A DNA stretch of 33,073 nt, from the NCBI GenBank assembly GCA_046318155.1, contig JBKCUU010000117.1, positions 1-33,073 of the forward strand. Direction: 5' to 3'. The stretch comes from Bdellovibrio sp. GTDB taxonomy: Bacteria; Bdellovibrionota; Bdellovibrionia; Bdellovibrionales; Bdellovibrionaceae. The notes beneath the pieces were generated by a model. The model saw nothing but the letters and a program-made list of their open reading frames with translations. It had not been told where the DNA came from and searched no databases. The position numbers were made by a program, and so were the translations under genes. This document shows positions 7,264-15,637 of the stretch, piece after piece; within the stretch, counting starts at the first letter, position 1, and every line of letters begins with the position of its first letter.

Positions 7264-8850
7264 TTAAAACAGAGAGTAACTTGTCTGTGCTCGGATCGAC
7301 TGATTGTGTCCGTACACGTCCGCGGTGAAGCGCATGACCTTGTCACTCGCGTAGTGACTCGTGATCGGGAGCATGTACACGGGGATCTGGTTCTTGACTT
7401 CAATCGGTGTTTCTCGATCTAAAACTTCACCGGGGCGAGCGACATGATTCTCGATGGCAAAGCGATCCCACTTCGTTCCGGCAAGCAGGTACTCAGCCAT
7501 TTCGAGGGGTTGTTCGAGGCGAACACAACCCGAGCTTCGCAGACGGTTCTCTTCCGAGAACAATTCACGCTCCCCGGTGTCGTGCAAGTAGATCGCTTCG
7601 CCATTGGTCAAACCGAACTTCACAACGCCCAGAGCATTAAAGTAGTTAGGTTTCTGGCGGATAAAAAAGCCATTTCCACTCGACGATGTGATGTTCCGCC
7701 AATCGATTTGTGAAGGACTGTACTGTTGGCGAAAGTTTTCGCTCACAACGATAAAGTTATTTTGAGCAAAATAGTCCTCAACTTCCCAGTAGCCCAAGTG
7801 TCGAATCATTTCGACTTTGTCTTTAATAAAAACTGTGGGCGGAACGGTCCAGTACGGGTTCAGGATAATTTGATAGATCTTATCGACCATCGAAGGCGTC
7901 TTACGTTCAACACGGCCATTGATTGTCTTGAAGTTAAAGACAACTGGGTTGGCACGGCTGCGGTCCATCAAGAGCAAGCTCGAGAAAGCCAAGTTCACAA
8001 AGATATATCGATCTGTCGGATTTTGTGGAAGCCAACGGAGTTTTTCAAGATCGGCGCGCACTTGCTCGATGCGCTCTGCAATGGGCGTCTCAAGATATTT
8101 CTGCGTGCCGCCGCCAGGAGAAACGATGCGATCTGGTTTAAGTTTAAGCTGACGTTGAATATCGGCAACCGCGGCGTCTGTTTGCTCGTCAAAGCGAGAG
8201 TCTAAATTCGTGATTTGAAAACCCAAAGAAACCAAACGTTTTTTGAGTTCAACGACGGCAGGATCAACGACGCCTAATTTCAAAGGCTTTTTGAATTTAG
8301 GTAAAGCTCCCCAAACTTCAACTGTTTGGATTTCTTTGAGTCTGTTCAGCAGGCGCAAGAGCATCCGGTAATCAACGATCTGGGGTGACAACAACTTGAT
8401 CAAACGCTCGGTCGAACCCGCCGACTCGTTCATCATCTCGCGGATTTTTTCATCCGGCAGAGATTTTTTCGAGAAACGAATATCAGAACCGACTTCTGCA
8501 CCGTTCAATCGACCTGTGTAAAGTTGGCGCGCGATCGCCGTGAACAAGGGCACGAGTGCCGCGCGAGATTGCTCGGGATTCATCATGCGGATTTGAGCAA
8601 CCAGGTTTTGCTCCATCGGCGTGAGGTACAAACCGTGGGCCTCCGGAACCTGAGAAACAAAATCAGCCATCTGGACAAGGTCCTCAAGGCTCGCCGTTAA
8701 CCAAACCGCCATCCCTGTAATCGGTTTTGGTTGAGGTGCAGGAGCCACAGGCTTCGGCTTGGCAGCCGCTGTTTGCGCACGAGCTGAAGCCGTCATAGCT
8801 AAAACGAGAACTGCCGAGAGAAGGACGAGGGTACGAAATCGCAGATTCAT
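7264..8850 (-). CDS. L,D-transpeptidase, YcbB/LdtD type, with peptidoglycan-binding domain
   Basis: Signal peptide; PG_binding_1-like segment (LKLG...V.ELKKRL..LG...FD..T..AV); LEKLRWLP, NPYWTVP, NALGVVKF, and catalytic IYLHDT...SSGCVR. Confidence 0.95.
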   Translation of the reverse strand: MNLRFRTLVLLSAVLVLAMTASARAQTAAAKPKPVAPAPQPKPITGMAVWLTASLEDLVQMADFVSQVPEAHGLYLTPMEQNLVAQIRMMNPEQSRAALVPLFTAIARQLYTGRLNGAEVGSDIRFSKKSLPDEKIREMMNESAGSTERLIKLLSPQIVDYRMLLRLLNRLKEIQTVEVWGALPKFKKPLKLGVVDPAVVELKKRLVSLGFQITNLDSRFDEQTDAAVADIQRQLKLKPDRIVSPGGGTQKYLETPIAERIEQVRADLEKLRWLPQNPTDRYIFVNLAFSSLLLMDRSRANPVVFNFKTINGRVERKTPSMVDKIYQIILNPYWTVPPTVFIKDKVEMIRHLGYWEVEDYFAQNNFIVVSENFRQQYSPSQIDWRNITSSSGNGFFIRQKPNYFNALGVVKFGLTNGEAIYLHDTGERELFSEENRLRSSGCVRLEQPLEMAEYLLAGTKWDRFAIENHVARPGEVLDRETPIEVKNQIPVYMLPITSHYASDKVMRFTADVYGHNQSIRAQTSYSLF

Positions 8851-8927
8851 GGATAAAACCCCTTCGGTTGAACAATCTGACGCAGTGTGTATTATAGATA
8901 CCGCTGATTGGCAATTTCCTCGTCAAG

Positions 8928-8944
8928 TCTGCAAATTTTGCAGA
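8928..8944. promoter_or_regulatory. 8-1-8 perfect palindrome upstream of the L,D-transpeptidase gene
   Basis: TCTGCAAA-T-TTTGCAGA in the intergenic region; a TATAAT lies on the minus strand at 8891-8896. Confidence 0.35.
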
Positions 8945-8958
8945 AGAGAAGAAGGTCT

Positions 8959-10848
8959 TTATCGACCCGCTGGAAAGTAGAGCTTGTTATCCCATAAACC
9001 TTCGCTGAAGTACTGGCGCGTGGCCTTCAGCTTTTGCAAGAGGCTTTGGCGGATCTCAGGCTGATCCAGCTCTTTTGGGGGCTCAGGTGCCGCCGGGCTT
9101 AAGTGGTCTTCGAGATCATAAAGATGAGCCTCCCCTTGAGCGTCCATCGTCAGTCGATGGGACTTGGTCACCAAGGAGTAAAAACCTTCGGACTGCAAAA
9201 CAACGTAGCGCTCTCCGCTTCTAAAAACGGACCGGCCCAACAAATTTGTGTGGGCGAAGTCTTCTCCTAAAAAATCTAAGACAGATGGAATCAAATCGAT
9301 GTGCTGCACGGGCGCCCGCGTGTCGACGTCAGGCCACTTCGAAACGCGCGGATGGAAAAACAACAGCGGCACACGGTACTGTCCCAACTCGTTTTGATAA
9401 CGTGGGCGCACGGGCTTGTAAGTATGATCCGCCGTGATCACAAACAAGGTGTTGTCAAACCACGGTTCTTTAGCCGCAGCTTCAAAAAATTTTTTTAAAG
9501 CGCCATCGGTGTACCCAATGACTTCGTGGATTTCATTGGTGCCTTTGGGATAAACACCCCTAGCCGTGATTGGAACTTTAAAAGGATTGTGCGAAGTCAG
9601 CGTCAAGACCGTCGCCGCAAAGGGCTCGGGCATCTCTCGAAGTCGCCCGGCCATATTCAGCAAGAACGGCTCGTCCCAAATCCCCCAGGTCCCGTCGTGA
9701 TCGGCCTTGTTCGGATACTCGCTGGCGCCGTAATAAGCTTGCACACCCGCACTTTTCATAAACTGATCAAAGTACATCGTGCCGTTGTCGCCGCCGTGAT
9801 AAAACGCAGACGAATACCCCAACGATCCTAAAATGGTACCCCAACCGTAAAAGGTGTTACTGGCGTACTGCGAGCTGATAAAGGGCTCAGTCATTAGTGC
9901 CGGAATCCCACCAAGCAAAGCACCAATACCCTCGATACTGCGGCGGGCGTTGGCAAACGCGTTCGTAAAAAGAAGTCCGCGTTTTGAAAGATCATCCAAA
10001 AAAGGAGTAAAACCCTGGTCACCATGTGGAAGACCCAAATGATCGAGCGTGAAGCTTTCCAAAATAACAACGACAACATTTTGCGGTTTTTCAAATCGAA
10101 CTGGTGCAATGAGTGTTTGGCCCGGAAGGGAGCCATTCATGAGCGCCATCATCTGCTCTTGCGACATAAAGTTTTCGCGCGGCAGACCCACCCGGCGCAA
10201 ACTGTGAATCAGCGAGAAGCTTGAATTTTGCGCGAGCTGATTCAACACGGGGCTAGCAAAAACTTGCGCGTGCGCAAAGCCGATCGGCTTTTTTTGCAAG
10301 CCCCCGCGGGCCGTGATCACCAAAAAAATCAAGGCAACAAAACCGATCGCGATCTTCGGACCACGCGAGAAGCGCGCCGGTTTCTTGCCTTGTCGCCCCG
10401 TCCACCACCAGCAGGCCACCAAATACAAAGCCATCAACACGGTGCTAACTAAGAGCAGCGGGACGTAAGGCAAAATAGTCGCCCAAAACTTTCCTTCAAT
10501 TTGCGCGGCCATGGAGAAGGATTGCACGGTAAACCGGCGACCGGTGAACTGAACCCACTCAACTTCACCCATGTTCAAAATCAGAAATGGAATTTGCATT
10601 GACACAAAAACCCAAGCGCTTAAGCGACGAACATCTTTCTGGGCAAAGAGTCCCAAAGCCAAAAGCAAAAAAGCTGGGATTGAAAGCATCGCGATGACGC
10701 TCGAGTCAAAGCGCAGCCCGTACACAAAACTCAAAAACAGATCGGTGCTAGACACGCTTTGGTAAAGAGCGTGATTCCAGATAAGAAAAACACCTCGGAT
10801 CAAGGAGTAGAGAACGAGGGTAAAAAAGAAAAGGCCCGATAACAGCAT
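8959..10848 (-). CDS. LTA synthase family / MdoB-like membrane sulfatase-superfamily transferase
   Basis: About five N-terminal TM helices (GLRFD, ARGG), followed by NVVVVILESF, TPFLD, RSIEG, TLTSHNPF, YTD, FVITADH and HIDLIPSVL. Confidence 0.92.
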   Translation of the reverse strand: MLLSGLFFFTLVLYSLIRGVFLIWNHALYQSVSSTDLFLSFVYGLRFDSSVIAMLSIPAFLLLALGLFAQKDVRRLSAWVFVSMQIPFLILNMGEVEWVQFTGRRFTVQSFSMAAQIEGKFWATILPYVPLLLVSTVLMALYLVACWWWTGRQGKKPARFSRGPKIAIGFVALIFLVITARGGLQKKPIGFAHAQVFASPVLNQLAQNSSFSLIHSLRRVGLPRENFMSQEQMMALMNGSLPGQTLIAPVRFEKPQNVVVVILESFTLDHLGLPHGDQGFTPFLDDLSKRGLLFTNAFANARRSIEGIGALLGGIPALMTEPFISSQYASNTFYGWGTILGSLGYSSAFYHGGDNGTMYFDQFMKSAGVQAYYGASEYPNKADHDGTWGIWDEPFLLNMAGRLREMPEPFAATVLTLTSHNPFKVPITARGVYPKGTNEIHEVIGYTDGALKKFFEAAAKEPWFDNTLFVITADHTYKPVRPRYQNELGQYRVPLLFFHPRVSKWPDVDTRAPVQHIDLIPSVLDFLGEDFAHTNLLGRSVFRSGERYVVLQSEGFYSLVTKSHRLTMDAQGEAHLYDLEDHLSPAAPEPPKELDQPEIRQSLLQKLKATRQYFSEGLWDNKLYFPAGR

Positions 10849-10856
10849 CGGGCCTC

Positions 10857-10885
10857 ACCATAGCGAAAGAGAATCCACGTGTCTA
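10857..10885 (-). promoter_or_regulatory. Candidate sigma70 promoter of the sulfatase gene, very short leader
   Basis: Minus strand TAGACA-N17-TATGGT, 8 nt before the ATG at 10848. Confidence 0.4.
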
Positions 10886-10913
10886 GAAGGACAGTCTCAT
10901 GAGACTCCAGCGC

Positions 10914-11807
10914 CTAAAGACCGCGGCGTCCTTTTGCTTTCAATTTGACCTGGCGAACTTCACGGGTCTGGGCGTTGTTCGAAAATCCAAACTTCACCTC
11001 AACCATGCCTTGTGGAATGAAGACCCGAAGAACGAGGCCATCAAAACCAAAGTTGTTGACCACGGTATCACCGACGCAAATTCCCTGCACGCAGTTGCTG
11101 TCTTCCCAACGAGCCACGGGAGGCCGAGGCTGAATCGGCGGCGCGATCACAACGGGGCCAGGTCCGGTGCCAGGTGCGGGCAACACCTCAATCGGCGGAG
11201 CAAGAGGCTCCAGACCGGGGCGCTGACCCGCGAGCACCGAGCCAGGACGCATCGACTCGGGCGGACGGACGGCATAAACGGGACCTGCTGTGGCATCCCC
11301 AACGCGAGTGGCATCACCCGTTGCGTACGAACCCAAGATGGCGGGCTCGGAGATCGCGCCGAAAAAGATCGTCACGGTACTGATCGAAGCTTTTCCGATG
11401 ACATTGAGAACCGCGGTGTCCACGCGGCGCTCTAAGTTTTTAAGTTCGACTTTTGCCTCATTGCCAGGCTTTGCAAAAAGATCGGGATCGGTCTCGACCG
11501 AGTTGCTGTCAACGGCGGCACCATTGACAACCAGATAAGCCGCCGCACCGCCAATGCCTGACTTCATCATCACTTCGACGCGGTTCAAATCAAAGCTCGG
11601 CAGATTTTGCAAGACCGTGTTCTGACGCTTGGCCTCGCCAAGCAAATCTAAAGTTGCAATCGGGTCACCCGCACGCGATGACTTTTGCAACCGATCAAGC
11701 TTGAGCGCCATCGAAGTCACGGCTTGCGCGAGCGTAGTCTCCGCGATCAAAAGTCCCAGAAGAACCAGAGTCAGCTGTTTCAACAGGCCTAAGTTAAGAG
11801 TTTTCAT
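10914..11807 (-). CDS. Secreted hypothetical protein with Pro-rich linker and small C-terminal beta domain
   Basis: Signal peptide ending TLA-QA; GAGG RBS before ATG 11807; Pro-rich segment; C-terminal CVQGICVGDTV...G.V.RVF...MVEVKF. Confidence 0.8.
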   Translation of the reverse strand: MKTLNLGLLKQLTLVLLGLLIAETTLAQAVTSMALKLDRLQKSSRAGDPIATLDLLGEAKRQNTVLQNLPSFDLNRVEVMMKSGIGGAAAYLVVNGAAVDSNSVETDPDLFAKPGNEAKVELKNLERRVDTAVLNVIGKASISTVTIFFGAISEPAILGSYATGDATRVGDATAGPVYAVRPPESMRPGSVLAGQRPGLEPLAPPIEVLPAPGTGPGPVVIAPPIQPRPPVARWEDSNCVQGICVGDTVVNNFGFDGLVLRVFIPQGMVEVKFGFSNNAQTREVRQVKLKAKGRRGL

Positions 11808-11815
11808 GATCAACC

Positions 11816-13765
11816 TCAAAGCGCTTCCAGAGCGCGGCGAATGTTAAAGCGTGACGTCTGATCTTTACCATCTCGCGTTTGCGCCTGATTAAGGCGTTGA
11901 GCATCGCCCAGCGAATAGCCCATCACCTCGGTGGGGTCTCGCACAACTTGGTTGCGCAAGAACTGGGTAAACTCATACCACTGGGCTTTGTCTGTGGTCT
12001 CCACACAGGTGCGGAGCTCGGCTTGTGAGCGTGCTCCCCAACGTCGTTCAGGGCAAAAATAAGGATCAAATGACATTTTCGTCAAGCGCGCCAGAGCCGT
12101 TGTTAAGCTCATGCGAACTTCAGTGCGCTGACTGTTCAGATAAGACACGCGGCAAGAAGCATCGACGTCGTGATAGGCCTTGATCAAATCACGCTTCAAG
12201 TTGTCGCCTTCGTAAACGTAGAACGGATCCTTGGCGATCACTTTAGCCATGAAATCTTTGGCGTCATCGATCACATCCAAAGTGCGTTTACGGATACGCA
12301 AATCGCGGCCCGGAGTCGAGTAAGACTCCCACTCCCCGTCAGCTCCGTAAATGTTGCGGGGCAAGTTTGTGGGATGAGCCCGCGTGTGCAGGTTGTTGTC
12401 GATGGCGAGCTGCACCGAGCGCGTGCGCTCTTGAATATCCGTGCAAAGGCCGATCATCTTGTCGCGAAATTTCTGGACGGGGTTCACGCGGTAAGCGGGG
12501 TCGGCCAAACGGCGCTCGATAAACTCATAGTAGTTGACGCTTTTGCCGAGGTGAGAAAACTGGCCTTTTTTCCAATCCCAATCAGCCGCTGGCTCGCTGC
12601 CATAGTACTGCTCGGCCGAGAGGTCGGCGATTTCGTCATCTGTTTTGTAGACAAAGCGTCCCGAGATCAAGGAGCCGTCGCGCGCGGTCTTGGCGTTGGT
12701 GACTTTAAATGGTCTCCAGTTTTTAAAACCGCCACCTTGAAAGGGATTGGAGCGAACGTAGTCACGCGAAAACACCCCGCGCGTGATCGAGTTGTCGGGA
12801 TGCGCATCGATAAACTTCACTTCGCCTTCGTCCGTCACGTCATAAACCAAAGCGACGTGTCCGGTGACTTTATAAAGAACAGTTCCGGGCCTGATCGAGT
12901 CACGGGTGATCGCGGGACTGTAAAAGTCAGATTGAATGTCGCCATTGGTGTGAAACATCCGGAAGGTTCCTGATGACACCACGTCTTGGATCTGGCGGAT
13001 CATTTTGTAGTAGTCACGTGTCGCCGCAATCGAATGAGGCACACTGCTGCGACTCGTCGGGCGATTTCCGTTTAAAGAATAGCGAATATCTCGGAGTGAC
13101 TCTTCAAATTTTTCGAGATTGCCTTTTGCAGTTTCTTGCTGTCGGCGCTTGGCGACGTTTTCTTCTTGCTCTAAAGTCAAAGGGTTTGGCTGAAAGCCAA
13201 AGACGGTGGAAAACGGAAGTTTATTCTTGAATGCAAAGTAAGCGCGCATCGACATCGGAAAGTCGGCGCAGTCCGAATAGTGGGTTGCGGCCCGATCAAT
13301 TTCATCTCGATAAGGATTTGCCTCGCTCACGATGCAGGTATCGAACGTATTACATTTTGATTCACCGATCGCCTTGACGAAGTTTTGCCAGTTCAGCTCA
13401 TCTTGCTGACTCCACTCGGTTTTTTGAACTTTCCAGGGAGCCGCGGGCTGAGCCGGCAAGCAACGCAAGTACTTGGCATCACTGATTTCATAGCGAAACT
13501 GAGTTTGGCCATCGACGGTCACTTCTTTGCGATCAAACGTCGAACAGTAAACACGAGGGTCTTTGGATTTCGAAGGGTCTTCTTGGCCATCGCGGTCTTC
13601 ACGCTCAGTCTGAAAATCATCTTCTTGAGGCACGACGACTTGCGGCTGCCAACGTGGTTGGGGGCGCAAGGCACGGCCAAACCAATCAAATTGTGCCAAA
13701 GCCTGCTGACTGCCTAAGAGCATCATCAGGGCGGCGGCATAAGTCGAAACGCGTGTTGATCGCAT
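11816..13765 (-). CDS. Secreted hypothetical protein (649 aa), candidate papain/NlpC-P60-like Cys-His-Asp enzyme
   Basis: Signal peptide ALA-QF; GGAG RBS; motifs DCADF, GHVALVY and FIDAHPD. The CDS is secure; the function is inferred. Confidence 0.85.
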   Translation of the reverse strand: MRSTRVSTYAAALMMLLGSQQALAQFDWFGRALRPQPRWQPQVVVPQEDDFQTEREDRDGQEDPSKSKDPRVYCSTFDRKEVTVDGQTQFRYEISDAKYLRCLPAQPAAPWKVQKTEWSQQDELNWQNFVKAIGESKCNTFDTCIVSEANPYRDEIDRAATHYSDCADFPMSMRAYFAFKNKLPFSTVFGFQPNPLTLEQEENVAKRRQQETAKGNLEKFEESLRDIRYSLNGNRPTSRSSVPHSIAATRDYYKMIRQIQDVVSSGTFRMFHTNGDIQSDFYSPAITRDSIRPGTVLYKVTGHVALVYDVTDEGEVKFIDAHPDNSITRGVFSRDYVRSNPFQGGGFKNWRPFKVTNAKTARDGSLISGRFVYKTDDEIADLSAEQYYGSEPAADWDWKKGQFSHLGKSVNYYEFIERRLADPAYRVNPVQKFRDKMIGLCTDIQERTRSVQLAIDNNLHTRAHPTNLPRNIYGADGEWESYSTPGRDLRIRKRTLDVIDDAKDFMAKVIAKDPFYVYEGDNLKRDLIKAYHDVDASCRVSYLNSQRTEVRMSLTTALARLTKMSFDPYFCPERRWGARSQAELRTCVETTDKAQWYEFTQFLRNQVVRDPTEVMGYSLGDAQRLNQAQTRDGKDQTSRFNIRRALEAL

Positions 13766-13815
13766 AGTTACTCCGTTGAGACGAACTTCGAAAGGCCCTT
13801 CCTAAGAGCCCTTAA

Positions 13816-13831
13816 AGCGAAACCAAGGCCA
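13816..13831 (-). promoter_or_regulatory. Candidate sigma54 (-24/-12) promoter
   Basis: Minus strand TGGCCTTGGTTTCGCT (GG-N10-GC), 50 nt upstream of the ATG at 13765; imperfect match to TGGCAC-N5-TTGCW. Confidence 0.4.
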
Positions 13832-13936
13832 CGACTTCCCGGCCCAAGAACAAATCTGGAGGCTGCTCCCCCCCCCGGAAGGTGACCAAACTTTTGACGG
13901 TTGACGTTCAGGGGCGCTGTTCGGTAATTGAAGGGC

Positions 13937-14170
13937 ATGTCACCAGAACAAATAATCCAACGCCTAAAGACGCACTTTCCGGACGCCCAAATTGAGGTCT
14001 TTGACCTCACAGGCACTCAAAATCACTATGAAGTGGCGATTGAGTCGGGCGCCTTCAAAGGGCAGTCGCGAATTCAGCAGCACCAAGCCGTGATGGGAGC
14101 CTTTTCATCCGAACTCAAAACGGGCGAAGTGCACGCACTCTCGATCAAAACTAAAACCAAAGAAACCTAA
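13937..14170 (+). CDS. bolA: BolA/IbaG family protein
   Basis: HYEVAIESGAFKGQSRIQQHQAV...EVHALSIKT; adjacent to a CGFS glutaredoxin. Confidence 0.95.
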   Translation: MSPEQIIQRLKTHFPDAQIEVFDLTGTQNHYEVAIESGAFKGQSRIQQHQAVMGAFSSELKTGEVHALSIKTKTKET

Positions 14171-14209
14171 TCGCATTCTTGAAATGTGCTTTTTAAAGGG
14201 GACCTTGCC

Positions 14210-14518
14210 ATGAGCGATACCAAACAAAAAATCGATAAAATCTTAGCCGAAAATCAAATCGTGCTTTTTATGAAGGGCACGCCCAGCTTTCCACAGTGTG
14301 GGTTCTCGGCGCGCGCAACAGCCATCTTGCAAGATATCGGCGTGGACTTTCACTCGGTGAATGTTCTTGAAGACCAAGAAATTCGTGAAGGCATCAAAAC
14401 TTACGGAAACTGGCCGACGATCCCTCAATTGTACGTCAAAAAACAATTGATCGGCGGTTCAGATATCATGATGGAAATGTATCAGTCTGGTGAATTGCAA
14501 ACAGCGATCAAGTCGTAA
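14210..14518 (+). CDS. grxD: Monothiol glutaredoxin Grx4 family
   Basis: LFMKG, PQCGFS, WPTIPQLY and GGSDI; AGGGG RBS before ATG 14210. Confidence 0.97.
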   Translation: MSDTKQKIDKILAENQIVLFMKGTPSFPQCGFSARATAILQDIGVDFHSVNVLEDQEIREGIKTYGNWPTIPQLYVKKQLIGGSDIMMEMYQSGELQTAIKS

Positions 14519-14537
14519 GACTTTTCTTGTGTTCCCC

Positions 14538-14574
14538 AAATTAAACCGGAGGCTTTCGGCCTCCGGTCATTTTA
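14538..14574. terminator. Intrinsic terminator between grxD and the convergent gliding operon
   Basis: 9-bp stem ACCGGAGGC/GCCTCCGGT (14545-14567), loop TTTCG, AT-rich on both sides. Confidence 0.8.
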
Positions 14575-14608
14575 TCTCTCGTTAAGATCAATTCTTCAAA
14601 AATCAGTT

Positions 14609-15637
14609 TTAATCTTTTGGAAATGTGGCGGCCTCGTAATAGACCTTCACTTTCGTGCCATTGGGCTGAGTCGACCACTGGATTTCATCACCCAAAACCA
14701 GCGCGTTTCGAGCAGGGTCAAAGACCCAACCTTTTTTGTAGTCCCGAGGAATCACTTGCGTTCCAAAGCTCACTTCAATTGTTTCAACGATGGGCGGGCG
14801 GCTCAGAAAAATCACGTTGCCGATAAAGCGAACCAGGTCATCCGCGATGCCAGCAATGCGGTCGCCAAACTGGGGATCGCAAAGTGAGAACACGTTTTTA
14901 CCCGCATTGGGCATCATTCCTAGAAAGTCTTCGATTCGGTCTGGCGTTGAACTGTCGTCACGCTCGCAATTGCCGACATTCGAAGGAACGACCACACCGT
15001 AGGCAATGAATTTTTCTTTTCGGCCCTTGAGACCTTCTAAGAAAGTAAAAAACTCCAAAGCCTCTTGTTTGCCTTGGTCCTCCGCATCCGTGATAAACAC
15101 GATCGCCAAGTGAGCATTCGGTCGGTAGAACCCCGCATTTAAACCCGTCAGAAGCGGATCCGTGAGCGCTGCCTTCACCGGATCAAAAAACTTTTCAGTG
15201 GCCGAGCCACTTGTTCCCACACGTAAGCTCCGAGACAACACCTGGATCAAGTCGGGCGTATTACGCTCGACAAAGTTGGGGGTTCCCAGTAATTGCCCGC
15301 AGCAATTAGCCCCACTCCAATAATCTAGTGACGAGTTTAAAACACCAATGTGATAGTCGATGTTGGGCCGTGTGGTGAACGCATTCAAAAAGCGGTCGAT
15401 GTTGCGGATCAAGTTCGTCTGGTGCGTCTGCATGCTTCCCGAGTCATCAACAACGAACAAGATATCGACTTGCGGATAAAACACTTCAATTCCACTGTAA
15501 TCAGTGTCGTCAACCTTCTCGTTGGATCCATCCGGTTTCGGCAACAACGGATTGGAAGACGGCGAACAGCTGGCAAAAACCAAAAATCCCAGAAGCGCAA
15601 ATGTTTGTAAAAACAGCCGAACGGGTCTCATACTCAC
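14609..15637 (-). CDS. vWA-domain lipoprotein (CglB-like adhesin candidate)
   Basis: Lipobox FASC; MIDAS motif DILFVVDDSGSM; IVFITDAED; last gene of the Agl-Glt operon, with GTG start overlapping the upstream stop. Confidence 0.88.
   Translation of the reverse strand: MSMRPVRLFLQTFALLGFLVFASCSPSSNPLLPKPDGSNEKVDDTDYSGIEVFYPQVDILFVVDDSGSMQTHQTNLIRNIDRFLNAFTTRPNIDYHIGVLNSSLDYWSGANCCGQLLGTPNFVERNTPDLIQVLSRSLRVGTSGSATEKFFDPVKAALTDPLLTGLNAGFYRPNAHLAIVFITDAEDQGKQEALEFFTFLEGLKGRKEKFIAYGVVVPSNVGNCERDDSSTPDRIEDFLGMMPNAGKNVFSLCDPQFGDRIAGIADDLVRFIGNVIFLSRPPIVETIEVSFGTQVIPRDYKKGWVFDPARNALVLGDEIQWSTQPNGTKVKVYYEAATFPKD

Noticed and set aside
10899..11435. 178-aa plus-strand ORF
   Set aside because: Antisense shadow of the secreted protein gene; Arg-rich composition with no motif.
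12170..12973. 267-aa plus-strand ORF
   Set aside because: Lies entirely antisense to the 649-aa gene and shows the typical codon-mirror composition.
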